Shown here in pieces: positions 20,467 to 29,879 of a DNA stretch of 49,111 bases. A program made the position numbers and the translations under genes. The notes beneath the pieces were generated by a model that was not told where the DNA came from, made no database searches, and saw only the letters and a list, made by a program, of their open reading frames with translations. Source of the stretch: an uncultured Thermoplasmata archaeon (GTDB lineage: Archaea > Thermoplasmatota > Thermoplasmata > Thermoplasmatales > CAYVVU01); assembly GCA_964455305.1 (NCBI GenBank), contig CAYVVU010000001.1, positions 14,530 through 63,640 of the forward strand, in the 5' to 3' direction. Every line of letters starts with the position of its first letter. Position 1 is the stretch's first letter.

Positions 20467-21429
20467 ATGTTTGAAAAATTGCCTCATGTGGCTACATCGG
20501 AGGAAATAGTGGACCAGGCGTTTAAAAGGGCTTCAAAGATAACGGTGAAAGGAATAAAGGACCCTCTTAAGAGATACAAGAGTTTGAACATAGCGAAGAT
20601 AACCGCCGTGCGGGACATTGTTCTGAAAAATCTTAGCATCGTGGATAAATGGCCCTATGTAAATAGAATACATCCATTTTACCGGGAACTGCTGGACATA
20701 GTTGTTGGAATCTCCCCCTACAAAAAGGCCCTATCTGAAATTAACTGGGCTCGCGGGAAAATTGAAGGTCTCTGGGAGAAATACAAAAACAGGATCAAGG
20801 GCGCTGAAAGTGAGAAGGAAATATATTCCCTACGGAGAGAGTTTTATGGTAGGGTTGCATCCATACTTGATGAGATAGAGGATTCCCTGTTATTTTTGAT
20901 AAATGCCAGAGAGAAATTGAGAAAACTTCCATCTGTGAATCCCGATGATTTCTGTGTGGTTCTTGCCGGGTACCCAAACGTTGGCAAATCAATGCTTGTC
21001 CGTAGGATATCCACAGCTGAGCCAGAAATAGCCTCGTATCCATTCACGACGAAAGGGATAATTGTGGGTCATATGGATTATGATGGTGGAAGGATAGTTA
21101 TTGTGGATACCCCGGGAATCCTTGATCGCCCACCGGAAAAGATGAAGGATATGGAAAAGCAGGCATTATTAGCGCTAAGACACCTCGCTGATTTAATAAT
21201 TTTTCTCTTAGATCCCACGGAACAATGCGGGTATTCGCTGGAAGCACAGGAATCTCTTTTGCTCTCGCTGAAAAAAATGTTTCCTGACAAAGAATTTCTT
21301 GTGGTTGAGAACAAGGCAGATGTGGTTGAAAGACCAACAAACAACATAAAGATTTCCGCTCTTACGGGCAAAAATGTAGATTATCTGGTGGATGTTATTC
21401 TGAGGAAAGTAAGAGAGAAAAAGAAATGA
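20467..21429 (+). CDS. NOG1-family GTP-binding protein.
   Basis: NOG1-type N-terminal helical domain, then G1 GYPNVGKS, G3 DTPG and G4 NKAD. ATG 20467 lies about 28 nt after catttatga. The upstream 166 codons of the track ORF are antisense to FKBP. Confidence 0.85.
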   Translation: MFEKLPHVATSEEIVDQAFKRASKITVKGIKDPLKRYKSLNIAKITAVRDIVLKNLSIVDKWPYVNRIHPFYRELLDIVVGISPYKKALSEINWARGKIEGLWEKYKNRIKGAESEKEIYSLRREFYGRVASILDEIEDSLLFLINAREKLRKLPSVNPDDFCVVLAGYPNVGKSMLVRRISTAEPEIASYPFTTKGIIVGHMDYDGGRIVIVDTPGILDRPPEKMKDMEKQALLALRHLADLIIFLLDPTEQCGYSLEAQESLLLSLKKMFPDKEFLVVENKADVVERPTNNIKISALTGKNVDYLVDVILRKVREKKK

Positions 21430-21446
21430 AATGGTTTGTATTGTTG

Positions 21447-22037
21447 TTAATAACCTTTCATCTCCCTCCACTTATTTACTAGCTCTATAACTTGGGGTTT
21501 ATATTTTTCGGGAACATTTTCCCAGATTATATCCACCCGCGAAATTAGAGGCAGAAACATATTGGCTATTTCAATATACGCCTCGTATGTTTTTTGAGAT
21601 GGCAATATCAATATATATTTGTAGCCGGGGTAATCTCTACATCCGAGAAGAAGGGTGTATTTTATTCCACTTCTTGGCTTTATACAAAAACCGCCTGTAA
21701 GTAAGATTACGCTTTCAATATCCTCTTTTCTGATTATATACTTATATGGAAATCCTATTACCGTTATTGAGTCATTACCTACCCTTATAATAAATGGTAT
21801 TCCTGTAGAAATGAGAAGCATACTTAAGATTCCAAGAATATTTGCGCCTATTATTGTCCAAGTTCCAGAATAGAGTTTTTTCCCTATAGTTGGGTGAAGA
21901 ATAAATATAATAATAATGTCAGCAAGTAAAAGTCCAGGAAGAATTGCAAAAAAGAACAATATCTGAGAATAAGATTTTGTTCTATAGCGTTGAATGTTAA
22001 ACCTCTCGCCCGGAGGAGAATAAACTTTCCTGTTCAT
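21447..22037 (-). CDS. Membrane protein (2-3 TM) with a bPH-like C-terminal domain; hypothetical.
   Basis: 196 aa. TM segments ILFFFAILPGLLLADIIIIFIL and WTIIGANILGILSMLLISTGIPFII, then ITVIGFPYKYIIRKEDIESVILL. GGAGG SD. The promoter is supplied by repeat copy B. Confidence 0.6.
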   Translation of the reverse strand: MNRKVYSPPGERFNIQRYRTKSYSQILFFFAILPGLLLADIIIIFILHPTIGKKLYSGTWTIIGANILGILSMLLISTGIPFIIRVGNDSITVIGFPYKYIIRKEDIESVILLTGGFCIKPRSGIKYTLLLGCRDYPGYKYILILPSQKTYEAYIEIANMFLPLISRVDIIWENVPEKYKPQVIELVNKWREMKGY

Positions 22038-22070
22038 GGGATTCCTCCTCTGGTAGTATGAAGATATCCA

Positions 22071-22260
22071 ATATATAAACTTCTCTATTTCCAGATTATC
22101 CCATATTCCCCGCCTATAACCTCTATACTAACCCCATAAAACTTAATCACAGCTACTAAATACCATAAGCACAATATAAGCAATAATCATAAGAGCATAC
22201 ATTAACGCCAAACATATCATGAACCAATATTTTGATTTTGTATAATATTTTCCTGTTTTT
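22071..22260 (-). repeat. Copy B (inverted) of the ~190-bp repeat.
   Basis: Its reverse complement aligns ungapped to 11771..11960 at about 85% identity. The non-coding 3' part is better conserved than the coding part. Confidence 0.85.
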
Positions 22261-22277
22261 TGAACCCACCCGCTCAT
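22143..22277 (-). CDS. Unannotated 44-aa single-TM peptide, below the ORF-track length cut-off.
   Basis: My translation is MSGWVQKTGKYYTKSKYWFMICLALMYALMIIAYIVLMVFSSCD. It matches the C-terminus of the 97-aa ORF (QTGKSYKDSKYWFMICLALMYAVMIIAYTARMMVSISD). It starts 8 nt after the stop of the 182-aa gene. Confidence 0.45.
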   Translation of the reverse strand: MSGWVQKTGKYYTKSKYWFMICLALMYALMIIAYIVLMVFSSCD

Positions 22278-22285
22278 TTTCCGCC

Positions 22286-22825
22286 CTACGCATATATGAT
22301 TTCATACTCAACACCAATCTCCTTCATGGCCTTCTTGAAGCGCTCAAATTGGTCATAGTATAAAATATAATACTCTATCTCACGCCTATGTAACCGTTTT
22401 GAATAGATAACCTTTCCATTTCTAAGGTATATTTCAATTCTCTTTTTCCTCACATTAATTATTAGTTTTTGAATATCATTCTTTGGTATAAATTTTATTT
22501 CTTTATTGCCTCTTATTATTCCTATGCCTGTTTTATATATAACTATATATGTCAAAGAGCGTGTTAACGCAGTTAATCCCATCCATCCAGATAAAAAAAT
22601 CCACATTAATGATCCTAACATTCGTAAGCACCATGTTAATAAGTCAATAATACCTTCTAACATGGAAGTAGTATAAAGCCACAATATTATAGAATGCAAT
22701 AGAAATATTATTAAAAGTTCTATTTTCACTATTTTTACATACTTTTTTATAAGTTTCTTCTCATTCCTGTAAAAAACTTCAGAAAAAAGTGGCTTCTCCT
22801 TTTTATTTATCTCCGAGGTTTTCAT
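22286..22825 (-). CDS. Membrane protein (about 3 TM) with a bPH-like C-terminal domain; hypothetical.
   Basis: TM segments LLIIFLLHSIILWLY and LGSLMWIFLSGWMGLTAL, then GIGIIRGNKEIKFIPKNDIQKLII. ATG 22825 fits leaderless spacing from gattataag; GTG 22834 is the alternative. Confidence 0.6.
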   Translation of the reverse strand: MKTSEINKKEKPLFSEVFYRNEKKLIKKYVKIVKIELLIIFLLHSIILWLYTTSMLEGIIDLLTWCLRMLGSLMWIFLSGWMGLTALTRSLTYIVIYKTGIGIIRGNKEIKFIPKNDIQKLIINVRKKRIEIYLRNGKVIYSKRLHRREIEYYILYYDQFERFKKAMKEIGVEYEIIYA

Positions 22826-23028
22826 AATTATCACACCCTTATAATCTCCGCCATCGTTCTTTTAATCAAAATTGAGGTGCATCTCAAAGCAATTCCACAC
22901 ATTACCTCTTCTATTATCACCTCCATATTTCTCTTCATTATTTCTGCATATTTAAGTTTTATCTCTCGCAATAATCTTCTCCTGCGATTCTGTTGCGCCA
23001 CACTCCTATTTAAACCTCACCGATTAAC

Positions 23029-23036
23029 TTTATATA
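23029..23036 (+). promoter_or_regulatory. TATA box of the ribosomal-protein operon.
   Basis: tttatata predicts a TSS near 23059, just 5' of the structured element. Confidence 0.5.
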
Positions 23037-23062
23037 CCTCCTAACATTCCTCGCTAAAAAAA

Positions 23063-23150
23063 GGTCAGCCAGACGCAGAGGGCTTCCACAAAGCCCGTAT
23101 TGTCCCCGCAACTTGTATTCTGCGGGGGCAAAAAAGCGTCACGGCTGATC
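23063..23150 (+). promoter_or_regulatory. GC-rich structured 5' leader RNA of the rpl3 operon: outer helix enclosing two hairpins. Candidate autoregulatory r-protein leader.
   Basis: P1 is GGUCAGCC (23063-70) with GGCUGAUC (23143-50). P1b is GACGC (23072-76) with GCGUC (23136-40). Hairpin GGGCUU-CCACA-AAGCCC spans 23080-96. Hairpin GUCCCCGCA-(10 nt)-UGCGGGGGC spans 23102-29. The SD GGAGGUGA starts 2 nt after P1. Confidence 0.55.
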
Positions 23151-23163
23151 CGGAGGTGAAAAA

Positions 23164-24204
23164 ATGGCGAAAACATCGCGACCTAGACGTGGCTCTATGG
23201 CGTATTATCCGCGTGTAAGAGCGAGAAGTGAAGTACCCCACATTAAGTCATGGCCTGAGTGCGAGGAAGGCCCCAGAATTCAGGGATTCGCCGGCTACAA
23301 GGCGGGAATGACTCATGTTCTGATGATTGACCCTAGGGAGCATAGTACAACGGCTAAGCAGGAGATATTCGTGCCCGTAACTGTTATAGAGGTTCCTCCG
23401 ATGAAAGTTGGTGCGGTGAGATTTTACACGAGAACCCACTACGGCTTGAAGAGTTTGGGAGAGGTATGGGCTCCACGCGAAAAACTTGACAAAGAACTCT
23501 CCAGAAGGATACAGTTACCTACGGAGGATTACGATCCGGAGAAGAAGTGGGAATCAATACCTATGGAGAAGGTGGATGAGGTAAGGTTCATAATGTACAC
23601 TCAGCCTAAATTGGTTAAAGGTATACCGAAGAAGAAGCCAGAGTTGATGGAAATAAGGATTGGTGGAGGGAGCATAGAGGAAAGGATAAATTTCGCGAAG
23701 AAGAATTTGGGCGGAGAGTTCAAGTTCAGTGATTTCATAGAGGAAGGTAAGTTTGTGGATGTAATCGCGGTTACCAAAGGCCACGGCTTCCAGGGTCATG
23801 TTAAGAGATTTGGAGTTAAGCTCCTGCATCACAAGAACAGGAAGCACCGCAGGATGATAGGAACCCTCGGTCCTTGGAGTCCCGATTGGGTCCGCTATAC
23901 CGTGCCCCAGGCGGGTCAGACTGGTTACCACCAGCGCACGGAGTTCAACAAGCGCGTTCTGAAATATGTGGATTTTGTGGAGGAGGATGGTAAGAAGAAA
24001 CTCGCCGAGGAAATTACGCCGAAGGGTGGATTTTTGCACTATGGAGAGGTCGTGAATCCTTATGTTCTTATACATGGCTCGGTACCCGGCCCTGCAAAGA
24101 GACTAATAAGGTTCCGCGACGCCATAAGGCCGAGAGAGGATGTCTGGACGAAGGATATGATAAACATAGTGTATATTTCAAGGGAGAGCAAGCAGGGGGT
24201 GTAA
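23164..24204 (+). CDS. rpl3: 50S ribosomal protein uL3.
   Basis: MAKTSRPRRGSMAYYPRVRA and FAGYKAGMTHV. First gene of the cluster. GGAGGTGA SD. Confidence 0.96.
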   Translation: MAKTSRPRRGSMAYYPRVRARSEVPHIKSWPECEEGPRIQGFAGYKAGMTHVLMIDPREHSTTAKQEIFVPVTVIEVPPMKVGAVRFYTRTHYGLKSLGEVWAPREKLDKELSRRIQLPTEDYDPEKKWESIPMEKVDEVRFIMYTQPKLVKGIPKKKPELMEIRIGGGSIEERINFAKKNLGGEFKFSDFIEEGKFVDVIAVTKGHGFQGHVKRFGVKLLHHKNRKHRRMIGTLGPWSPDWVRYTVPQAGQTGYHQRTEFNKRVLKYVDFVEEDGKKKLAEEITPKGGFLHYGEVVNPYVLIHGSVPGPAKRLIRFRDAIRPREDVWTKDMINIVYISRESKQGV

Positions 24205-24207
24205 AAG

Positions 24208-24969
24208 TTGAAGGTAAATGTCTATGATTTGGATGGCAATGTCGTCGGCGAGGAAGAACTTCCCGAGGTGTTTAACTATCCGTATCGTCCCGACATAATA
24301 AGAAGGGTGGTTCGCGCTTTCCAGTTCAACGCCCGCCAGCCCTATGGAGTTAAGGAAGGCGCGGGTATGAGGCAAGTAGGCCATAACTGGGGGCCGGGCC
24401 ATGGAGTGGCAAGGGTTCCCCGAAGACCGGATGGTAGTAGGGCGGTGATAATAGGTAATGTTGTCGGTGGAAGAAAAGCCCATGCCCCCACGACACAGAG
24501 AAACTGGTATAGAAAAGTGAATAAGAAGGAGAGAAAGTTGGCGAAGTTCATCGCTCTATCCGCCACGAAGAATCCCGAGTTGGTTAAGGCGCGGGGACAC
24601 ATATTTCGGGAGGATTTGACCCTACCTGTGGTTGTGGTTGATGAATTTGAGAATATAGCGAAGACGAAAGAAGGTATAGAGATTATGAAGAAGTTGGGTT
24701 TGTACGATGATATTCTACGAGCATCCCTAAGGAAGGTCAGAGCGGGCAAAGGAAAGCCGAGAGGAAGGAGGTACAGGAGGAAGAAGAGCGTTCTTGTGGT
24801 TGTGAAAAATAAAGAAAATGTTATGAGAGCATTGAGAAATCTGCCCGGCGTGGATATTCTCACTCCCAGAGAACTCAACGCCGAAGTTCTGGCGCCGGGA
24901 ACCCATATGGGAAGGCTTATGCTCATAAGTAAGGGAGCACTTGACGAGATAAGGGGGTGGAAGATGTGA
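24208..24969 (+). CDS. rpl4: 50S ribosomal protein uL4.
   Basis: TTG start 3 nt after the rpl3 stop. [11 protein letters not shown] and [17 protein letters not shown] motifs. Confidence 0.95.
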   Translation: MKVNVYDLDGNVVGEEELPEVFNYPYRPDIIRRVVRAFQFNARQPYGVKEGAGMRQVGHNWGPGHGVARVPRRPDGSRAVIIGNVVGGRKAHAPTTQRNWYRKVNKKERKLAKFIALSATKNPELVKARGHIFREDLTLPVVVVDEFENIAKTKEGIEIMKKLGLYDDILRASLRKVRAGKGKPRGRRYRRKKSVLVVVKNKENVMRALRNLPGVDILTPRELNAEVLAPGTHMGRLMLISKGALDEIRGWKM

Positions 24970-25232
24970 AGGTGCACGATGAGTACGGAGTGATAATAAA
25001 ACCGTGGGTGACGGAAAAAACTCTGCGAATGATAGAGAAGGAAAACAAACTCACATTTATAGTGAGAAAGGATGCGAACAAAATGGAAATAAAGCAGGCG
25101 GTGGAGAAGATATTTGGCGTAAAGGTAGTTCAGGTAAACACTATGATTACCAAGCACGGGAAGAAAGCAATCGTTAAATTGGCGAAGGAATACAGCGCCG
25201 AGGAGATTGGAATGCGTCTCGGAATATTCTGA
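24957..25232 (+). CDS. rpl23: 50S ribosomal protein uL23.
   Basis: [27 protein letters not shown] start overlapping the rpl4 end. Confidence 0.93.
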   Translation: MEDVKVHDEYGVIIKPWVTEKTLRMIEKENKLTFIVRKDANKMEIKQAVEKIFGVKVVQVNTMITKHGKKAIVKLAKEYSAEEIGMRLGIF

Positions 25233-25243
25233 GGTGGTGATGT

Positions 25244-25945
25244 ATGGGTAAAAGGATAATTTCCCAGAATCGCGGTCACGGTTCCCCGGTTTATAGAGCA
25301 CCAAGCCATAGGTATGTTGCGGATATAAGGCATCCGAGTATTGGGGAAGGAGTAGGCGTGGTTGAGGAAATACGCCACGACCCGGGCAGAACGGCGCCCG
25401 TGGCAAAAATAAGGCTTGAAAACAACAAAACATTTTATATGATAGCGCACGCAGGAATGTTTGTTGGGCAAAAAATACAGATAGGAACGAACATCCCTGT
25501 AAAGCCGGGGAACATAATGCCTCTCGGCTATATCCCGGAGGGTGTACCGATATACAACATTGAGAAGATTCCGGGTGATGGCGGAAAGTTCGTACGTTCC
25601 GCCGGAACTTTCGCCACGGTAATATCCCATGGTGAGAAGACAACGGTACAATTGCCATCGGGACAATTTGTGGATTTTGACCCTAAGTGTCGTGCCGTAG
25701 TTGGCATAGTTGCAGGTGAGGGGAGAAAGGACAAGCCTTTCCTTAAAGCGGGCAAAAAATTCCATGCTCTGAGGAGCAAAGCCAAGAAATGGCCGAAGGT
25801 TAGGGGAGTTGCGATGAACGCCGTGGACCACCCCCATGGTGGTGGTAGCCACCAGCATGTTGGTAAGCCGAGCACGGTTAGTAAGGGCGCACCTCCCGGT
25901 AGGAAGGTTGGTAGAATAGCTCCCAAGAAGAAAAAGAAGAGGTGA
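25244..25945 (+). CDS. rpl2: 50S ribosomal protein uL2.
   Basis: NAVDHPHGGGSHQHVGKPSTV and a basic tail. Confidence 0.96.
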   Translation: MGKRIISQNRGHGSPVYRAPSHRYVADIRHPSIGEGVGVVEEIRHDPGRTAPVAKIRLENNKTFYMIAHAGMFVGQKIQIGTNIPVKPGNIMPLGYIPEGVPIYNIEKIPGDGGKFVRSAGTFATVISHGEKTTVQLPSGQFVDFDPKCRAVVGIVAGEGRKDKPFLKAGKKFHALRSKAKKWPKVRGVAMNAVDHPHGGGSHQHVGKPSTVSKGAPPGRKVGRIAPKKKKKR

Positions 25946-25949
25946 TTAA

Positions 25950-26411
25950 ATGGCCAAGAGATTGGCAAGAAGTGCAAAAGCGGCGAGAAGAAGGAGGAGG
26001 AAAACTAGGAAACTTATACTTGAGAGGGCAAAGGAATTTAGATATAGGGGATATAGCATAGAGGAACTGCAGCAAATGTCTCTTGAGGAATTCGCAGAAT
26101 TATTGCCGGCAAGGCAGAGAAGAACAATAAAGAGAGGATTCAACGAGGAGCAGATGAAACTCATAAGAAAACTGATGCAATCCGATGGAAGTAAGGTTAT
26201 AAGAACTCATCGCAGAGATGTTATAATACTCCCGCAATTCGTTGGAAAGAGAGTGGCGGTTTACAACGGCAAGGAATTTGTGGAGTTTGAAATAAAGCCT
26301 GAGATGATAGGCCATTATCTGGGCGAGTTCTCCCTCACACGCAAGGAAGTTAAGCACTCCGGCCCAGGCGTGGGAGCGACCAGAAGCAGCAAGTATGTGC
26401 CTCTGAAGTGA
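25950..26411 (+). CDS. rps19: 30S ribosomal protein uS19.
   Basis: [19 protein letters not shown] and [26 protein letters not shown]. Confidence 0.95.
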   Translation: MAKRLARSAKAARRRRRKTRKLILERAKEFRYRGYSIEELQQMSLEEFAELLPARQRRTIKRGFNEEQMKLIRKLMQSDGSKVIRTHRRDVIILPQFVGKRVAVYNGKEFVEFEIKPEMIGHYLGEFSLTRKEVKHSGPGVGATRSSKYVPLK

Positions 26412-26423
26412 GGTGTTGAAAGT

Positions 26424-26888
26424 ATGAAGAAGATAAAATATGCAATGAAGGTTCCGGAAGAAATGGAAGACAAGGTTGCTAGGGCGATCGGCAGAGAGAT
26501 GCCTATATCAAGAAAGGCGAGCATAGAGGTAGCCAACGCCATAAGAGGAATGAAGTTGAACGAGGCGAAGGAGTTTCTGGAAGATGTAATTAAGAAGAAG
26601 AGAGCGGTTCCTTACAGAAGATTCCTTGATTCCATATCCCATCGCCGAGGAATCGGGCCTGGGAGGTATCCTATTAAGGTGGCGAAATACTTCCTTAAAG
26701 TTCTGGAGAATGCAGAGGCGAATGCTAAAAACAAAAATCTTGATGTGGATAAGTTGAGGATAATACACATCTCCACGCACAAGGGAAGAACCATAAAGAA
26801 TTACATGCCCCGCGCTTATCGACGATCAACACCTTGGTTTCACGAGACCGTGAATCTGCAAGTTATCCTCATGGAAGAGGAGGAGTGA
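26424..26888 (+). CDS. rpl22: 50S ribosomal protein uL22.
   Basis: ISRKASIEVANAIRGMKLNEAKEFLEDV, plus cluster position. Confidence 0.95.
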   Translation: MKKIKYAMKVPEEMEDKVARAIGREMPISRKASIEVANAIRGMKLNEAKEFLEDVIKKKRAVPYRRFLDSISHRRGIGPGRYPIKVAKYFLKVLENAEANAKNKNLDVDKLRIIHISTHKGRTIKNYMPRAYRRSTPWFHETVNLQVILMEEEE

Positions 26889-26891
26889 GCC

Positions 26892-27635
26892 ATGGATGAG
26901 AGAAAATTTGTTAAGGAAAATCTGCGGAGAATACTGATAAAGGAGAAACTGGTTGAGGAAGCGAAAAGTGCCGGATTCGGAGGATTACTCATACAGAGAA
27001 CTCCACTCGGTACGAGAATAGTGCTTGAAGTTGAGCGTCCCGGCCTTATAATAGGAAGGAAAGGCGCTAAAATAAAGGACCTCACGGACATGCTTGAAAA
27101 GGTTTATGGCGTGGATAACCCGCAGATAGAAGTTAAGGAGGCGGAGAATGTCGCTCTAAATCCCCAAATAATGGCGGAAAAGTTGGCCCTCGCACTTGAA
27201 AGAGGTTGGCATTTTAGAAGGGCAGGCCACTCAACACTCAGAAGGATAATGGAAGCAGGCGCTAAAGGAGCGCAGATAATAATATCGGGTAAGATTGTTG
27301 GTGATCGCGCGAGAACCGAAAAATTCTTTGCGGGCAAAATAAAATACTGTGGAAAGCCCGCCGAATATGTTAGGATTGGCAGAACTGTGGCGAAAACGAA
27401 GCCCGGCGTCATAGGAATCACTATCAAAATACTTCCGCCGGATGTCAAACTTCCCGATGAGATAAACATCGTTGTGAAGGAGGAGAAAGAGGAGGAAAAG
27501 GTTGAGGAAGTATCCGAGGAATCTATGGAGGAAGAAAAGGAGGTGAATGCCAATGCCCAAGGAGTTGAAAGCGAAGGATCTACGCGAGATGAGCATGGAG
27601 GAACTGCACAGCAAACTGAAGGAGTTGAGGAATGA
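26892..27635 (+). CDS. rps3: 30S ribosomal protein uS3 with a C-terminal acidic extension.
   Basis: KH domain PGLIIGRKGAKIKDL and the S3 C-domain. The tail runs 83-89 nt into rpl29 in another frame. Confidence 0.93.
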   Translation: MDERKFVKENLRRILIKEKLVEEAKSAGFGGLLIQRTPLGTRIVLEVERPGLIIGRKGAKIKDLTDMLEKVYGVDNPQIEVKEAENVALNPQIMAEKLALALERGWHFRRAGHSTLRRIMEAGAKGAQIIISGKIVGDRARTEKFFAGKIKYCGKPAEYVRIGRTVAKTKPGVIGITIKILPPDVKLPDEINIVVKEEKEEEKVEEVSEESMEEEKEVNANAQGVESEGSTRDEHGGTAQQTEGVEE

Positions 27636-27771
27636 ACTCATGCACGAAAGGGGCGTCGCCTCCATGGGAGGTGCCCCCGTAAGCCCGGGAAAACTCCGCT
27701 CTCTGCGCAGGCAGATTGCTAGGGTATTGACGGTAATGCACGAAAAGATGGAAGAGGAGATGAAGAAATGA
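27553..27771 (+). CDS. rpl29: 50S ribosomal protein uL29.
   Basis: LREMSMEELHSKLKELRNELM...GGAPVSPGKLRSLRRQIARVLTV. ATG 27553 is 6 nt after GGAGGTGA; ATG 27547 is the alternative. Confidence 0.92.
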   Translation: MPKELKAKDLREMSMEELHSKLKELRNELMHERGVASMGGAPVSPGKLRSLRRQIARVLTVMHEKMEEEMKK

Positions 27772-28061
27772 GAGCAAAAAGGAATGCGAGGAATCTTGCG
27801 CTCCACGAACTGATAGGCCTTAAGGTTAGGATAGTTGAGGCGAGAAACAAAAATTATATCGGGAAGAAAGGAATTGTGGTTGACGAAACGAAGAACACTC
27901 TGGTTATAGAGGAAGGTGGAAGGGAGAAAATAATCGCGAAGAAAGGCACCGTGTTTGAATTCCATCTACCGGAAGGTAAGGTTAAGTTGGCTGGTGATAT
28001 GATAAATTATCGCCCTCACGAAAGGACTAAAAAACTGTGGAGAAAGAGGTGGTTTAATTGA
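27768..28061 (+). CDS. rnp1: RNase P protein component 1 (Rpp29/Pop4).
   Basis: [36 protein letters not shown]. Canonical position after rpl29. ATGA overlap. Confidence 0.88.
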   Translation: MRAKRNARNLALHELIGLKVRIVEARNKNYIGKKGIVVDETKNTLVIEEGGREKIIAKKGTVFEFHLPEGKVKLAGDMINYRPHERTKKLWRKRWFN

Positions 28062-28384
28062 GAGATATAGGAGTGGATGTGAAGCCGCCGGAGAAGGAGT
28101 GCGATGATCCCTACTGTCCGTTTCACGGACATCTGAAGGTTAGAGGACAGATTATAGAGGGAGTGGTAATCAGCGATAAGATGAACCGCACTGTTACGGT
28201 TAAGAGGGAATACCTGTACTACTTGAAAAAATACGAGAGATATGAAAAAAGAACTTCAAAAATTCACGCGCATAACCCGCCGTGCATAGATGCGAAGGTA
28301 GGTGATAGAGTCAAAATCATGGAGTGCCGCCCTCTATCCAAAACAGTTAGTTTCGTTGTGATAGAGAAGGTGGGAGGTGAATGA
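28058..28384 (+). CDS. rps17: 30S ribosomal protein uS17.
   Basis: [23 protein letters not shown] and [18 protein letters not shown] start. Confidence 0.94.
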   Translation: MRDIGVDVKPPEKECDDPYCPFHGHLKVRGQIIEGVVISDKMNRTVTVKREYLYYLKKYERYEKRTSKIHAHNPPCIDAKVGDRVKIMECRPLSKTVSFVVIEKVGGE

Positions 28385-28784
28385 TTTGAAGGGCATAGCG
28401 AGCAGAAACTATCGCGGATTGCCGGTGGGCGCGCAACTGGAATGCGTGGATAATACGGGCGCGAAGGTTGTTGAGATAATAGCAGTTGTAAATTACAAAG
28501 GAGTCAAACGACGCTATCCTGCGGCTGGCGTGGGGGATATGGTGATAGTAACTGTGAAGAAAGGAACGCCCGAAATGAGAAAAAAGGTGTTGCCCGCGGT
28601 AATCGTTAGGCAACGCCGCCCATATAAGAGGGCAGATGGTCTCACCGTACAATTTGAGGATAACGCTTGCGTTATAACCACACCCACCGGAGAGACAAGA
28701 GGAAGCGAGATAAAAGGCCCGGTTGCCAGGGAAGCGGCAGAAAGATGGCCCAGAATAGCGGCCATAGCCGCGACGATAGTGTGA
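28377..28784 (+). CDS. rpl14: 50S ribosomal protein uL14.
   Basis: [10 protein letters not shown] and [16 protein letters not shown]. The true start may be TTG 28386, 5 nt after GGAGGTGA. Confidence 0.95.
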   Translation: MNDLKGIASRNYRGLPVGAQLECVDNTGAKVVEIIAVVNYKGVKRRYPAAGVGDMVIVTVKKGTPEMRKKVLPAVIVRQRRPYKRADGLTVQFEDNACVITTPTGETRGSEIKGPVAREAAERWPRIAAIAATIV

Positions 28785-28794
28785 GGTGATTTGA

Positions 28795-29166
28795 ATGGCA
28801 GATAAAATTGTTAGCAAACAGCCGAGAAAACAGAGAAAGAAAATGTATAACGCTCCAATCCACCGTAGAAGAAAGATGATGGCAGCCACATTAAGCGAGG
28901 ATCTTCGCGAGCAGTACGGAAGGAGGTCGCTGCCTGTTAGAAAGGGGGATGTAGTCAAGATTATGAGGGGTAACTACAAGGGATTCGTTGGCAAGGTTGT
29001 TGAGGTTGATTACAAAAGAATGAGAATCGCTGTGGAAGGAGTAACTATAAGGAAGGTTGATGGAAAATCCGTGCAGAGGTGGATTCACCCTTCAAATGTG
29101 ATGATAACCAAACTGGAACTCAGCGACGAGAGGAGAAGGAAGATACTGGAAAGGGGTGGTGAGTGA
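28795..29166 (+). CDS. rpl24: 50S ribosomal protein uL24.
   Basis: [20 protein letters not shown] and the KOW motif [16 protein letters not shown]. Confidence 0.95.
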   Translation: MADKIVSKQPRKQRKKMYNAPIHRRRKMMAATLSEDLREQYGRRSLPVRKGDVVKIMRGNYKGFVGKVVEVDYKRMRIAVEGVTIRKVDGKSVQRWIHPSNVMITKLELSDERRRKILERGGE

Positions 29167-29879
29167 TGGTTAGGACCAAGAGACTGGCAATGCCCAAAAT
29201 AATAAAAATTCCGCGCAAGGAAAAGAAGTGGGCTCCAACCACGATACCCGGACCGCATTCCAAGGAAAAGAGCATACCGTTGGTTATCGCAATAAGAGAT
29301 ATACTTAAATTTGCGGATAGGGCGAAGGAGGCGAAGAAAATAGTTGCTCGCAGAGATGTTCTCGTTGACCAGAGAGTGGTAAGGGATCATCGCTTTCCCA
29401 TAGGATTTATGGATGTAATTTCATTCCCCAAGATAAACAAGCATTATCGCGTTCTTTACGATGTTAAAGGTAACATCCGCTTGGTAGAAATACCCGAAGA
29501 AAACGCGAACTGGAAACTGGTGAGGATAGAGAATAAGACCCGCGTTAAGGGAGGGAGGATACAACTTAATCTTCACGACGGAAGGAACATACTTCTTGAC
29601 GAAAACAAGTACAAGACGGGCGATGTTCTGAAGATAGAGATTCCTTCGCAGAAGATCCTTGACCACTTCCCTCTGGAGAAGGGAAGCATAGCCATGGTTA
29701 TTGGAGGAAAACACCGCGGAAAACTCGGTCATATAAAGGATTACATAATTACGAGGGGGCCGCAGCCGAACATAGTTAGATTTGAAGAGGGCTTTGAAAC
29801 GATAAAGGAAAATGTATTCGTGGTTGGAATAGCAAGACCCGAGATAACAGTGCCGGAGGTGGAGGTCTATGAATCCTGA
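29163..29879 (+). CDS. rps4e: 30S ribosomal protein eS4.
   Basis: [23 protein letters not shown] and the KOW-like GKHRGKLG. Confidence 0.95.
   Translation: MMVRTKRLAMPKIIKIPRKEKKWAPTTIPGPHSKEKSIPLVIAIRDILKFADRAKEAKKIVARRDVLVDQRVVRDHRFPIGFMDVISFPKINKHYRVLYDVKGNIRLVEIPEENANWKLVRIENKTRVKGGRIQLNLHDGRNILLDENKYKTGDVLKIEIPSQKILDHFPLEKGSIAMVIGGKHRGKLGHIKDYIITRGPQPNIVRFEEGFETIKENVFVVGIARPEITVPEVEVYES

Noticed and set aside
22866-23003. Possible 35-56-aa minus-strand ORF (..MKRNMEVIIEEVMCGIALRCTSILIKRTMAEIIRV) upstream of the 182-aa membrane-protein gene.
   Set aside because: The start is ambiguous: the GTG lies before the predicted TSS. There is no SD, no paralogue and no recognisable motif.
24342-25658. 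438-aa ORF on the minus strand across rpl4/rpl23/rpl2.
   Set aside because: It is antisense to three unmistakable r-protein genes. The product is low-complexity and Pro/Ser/Leu/Phe-rich with no motifs. Open antisense frames are expected opposite purine-rich, stop-poor coding sequence.
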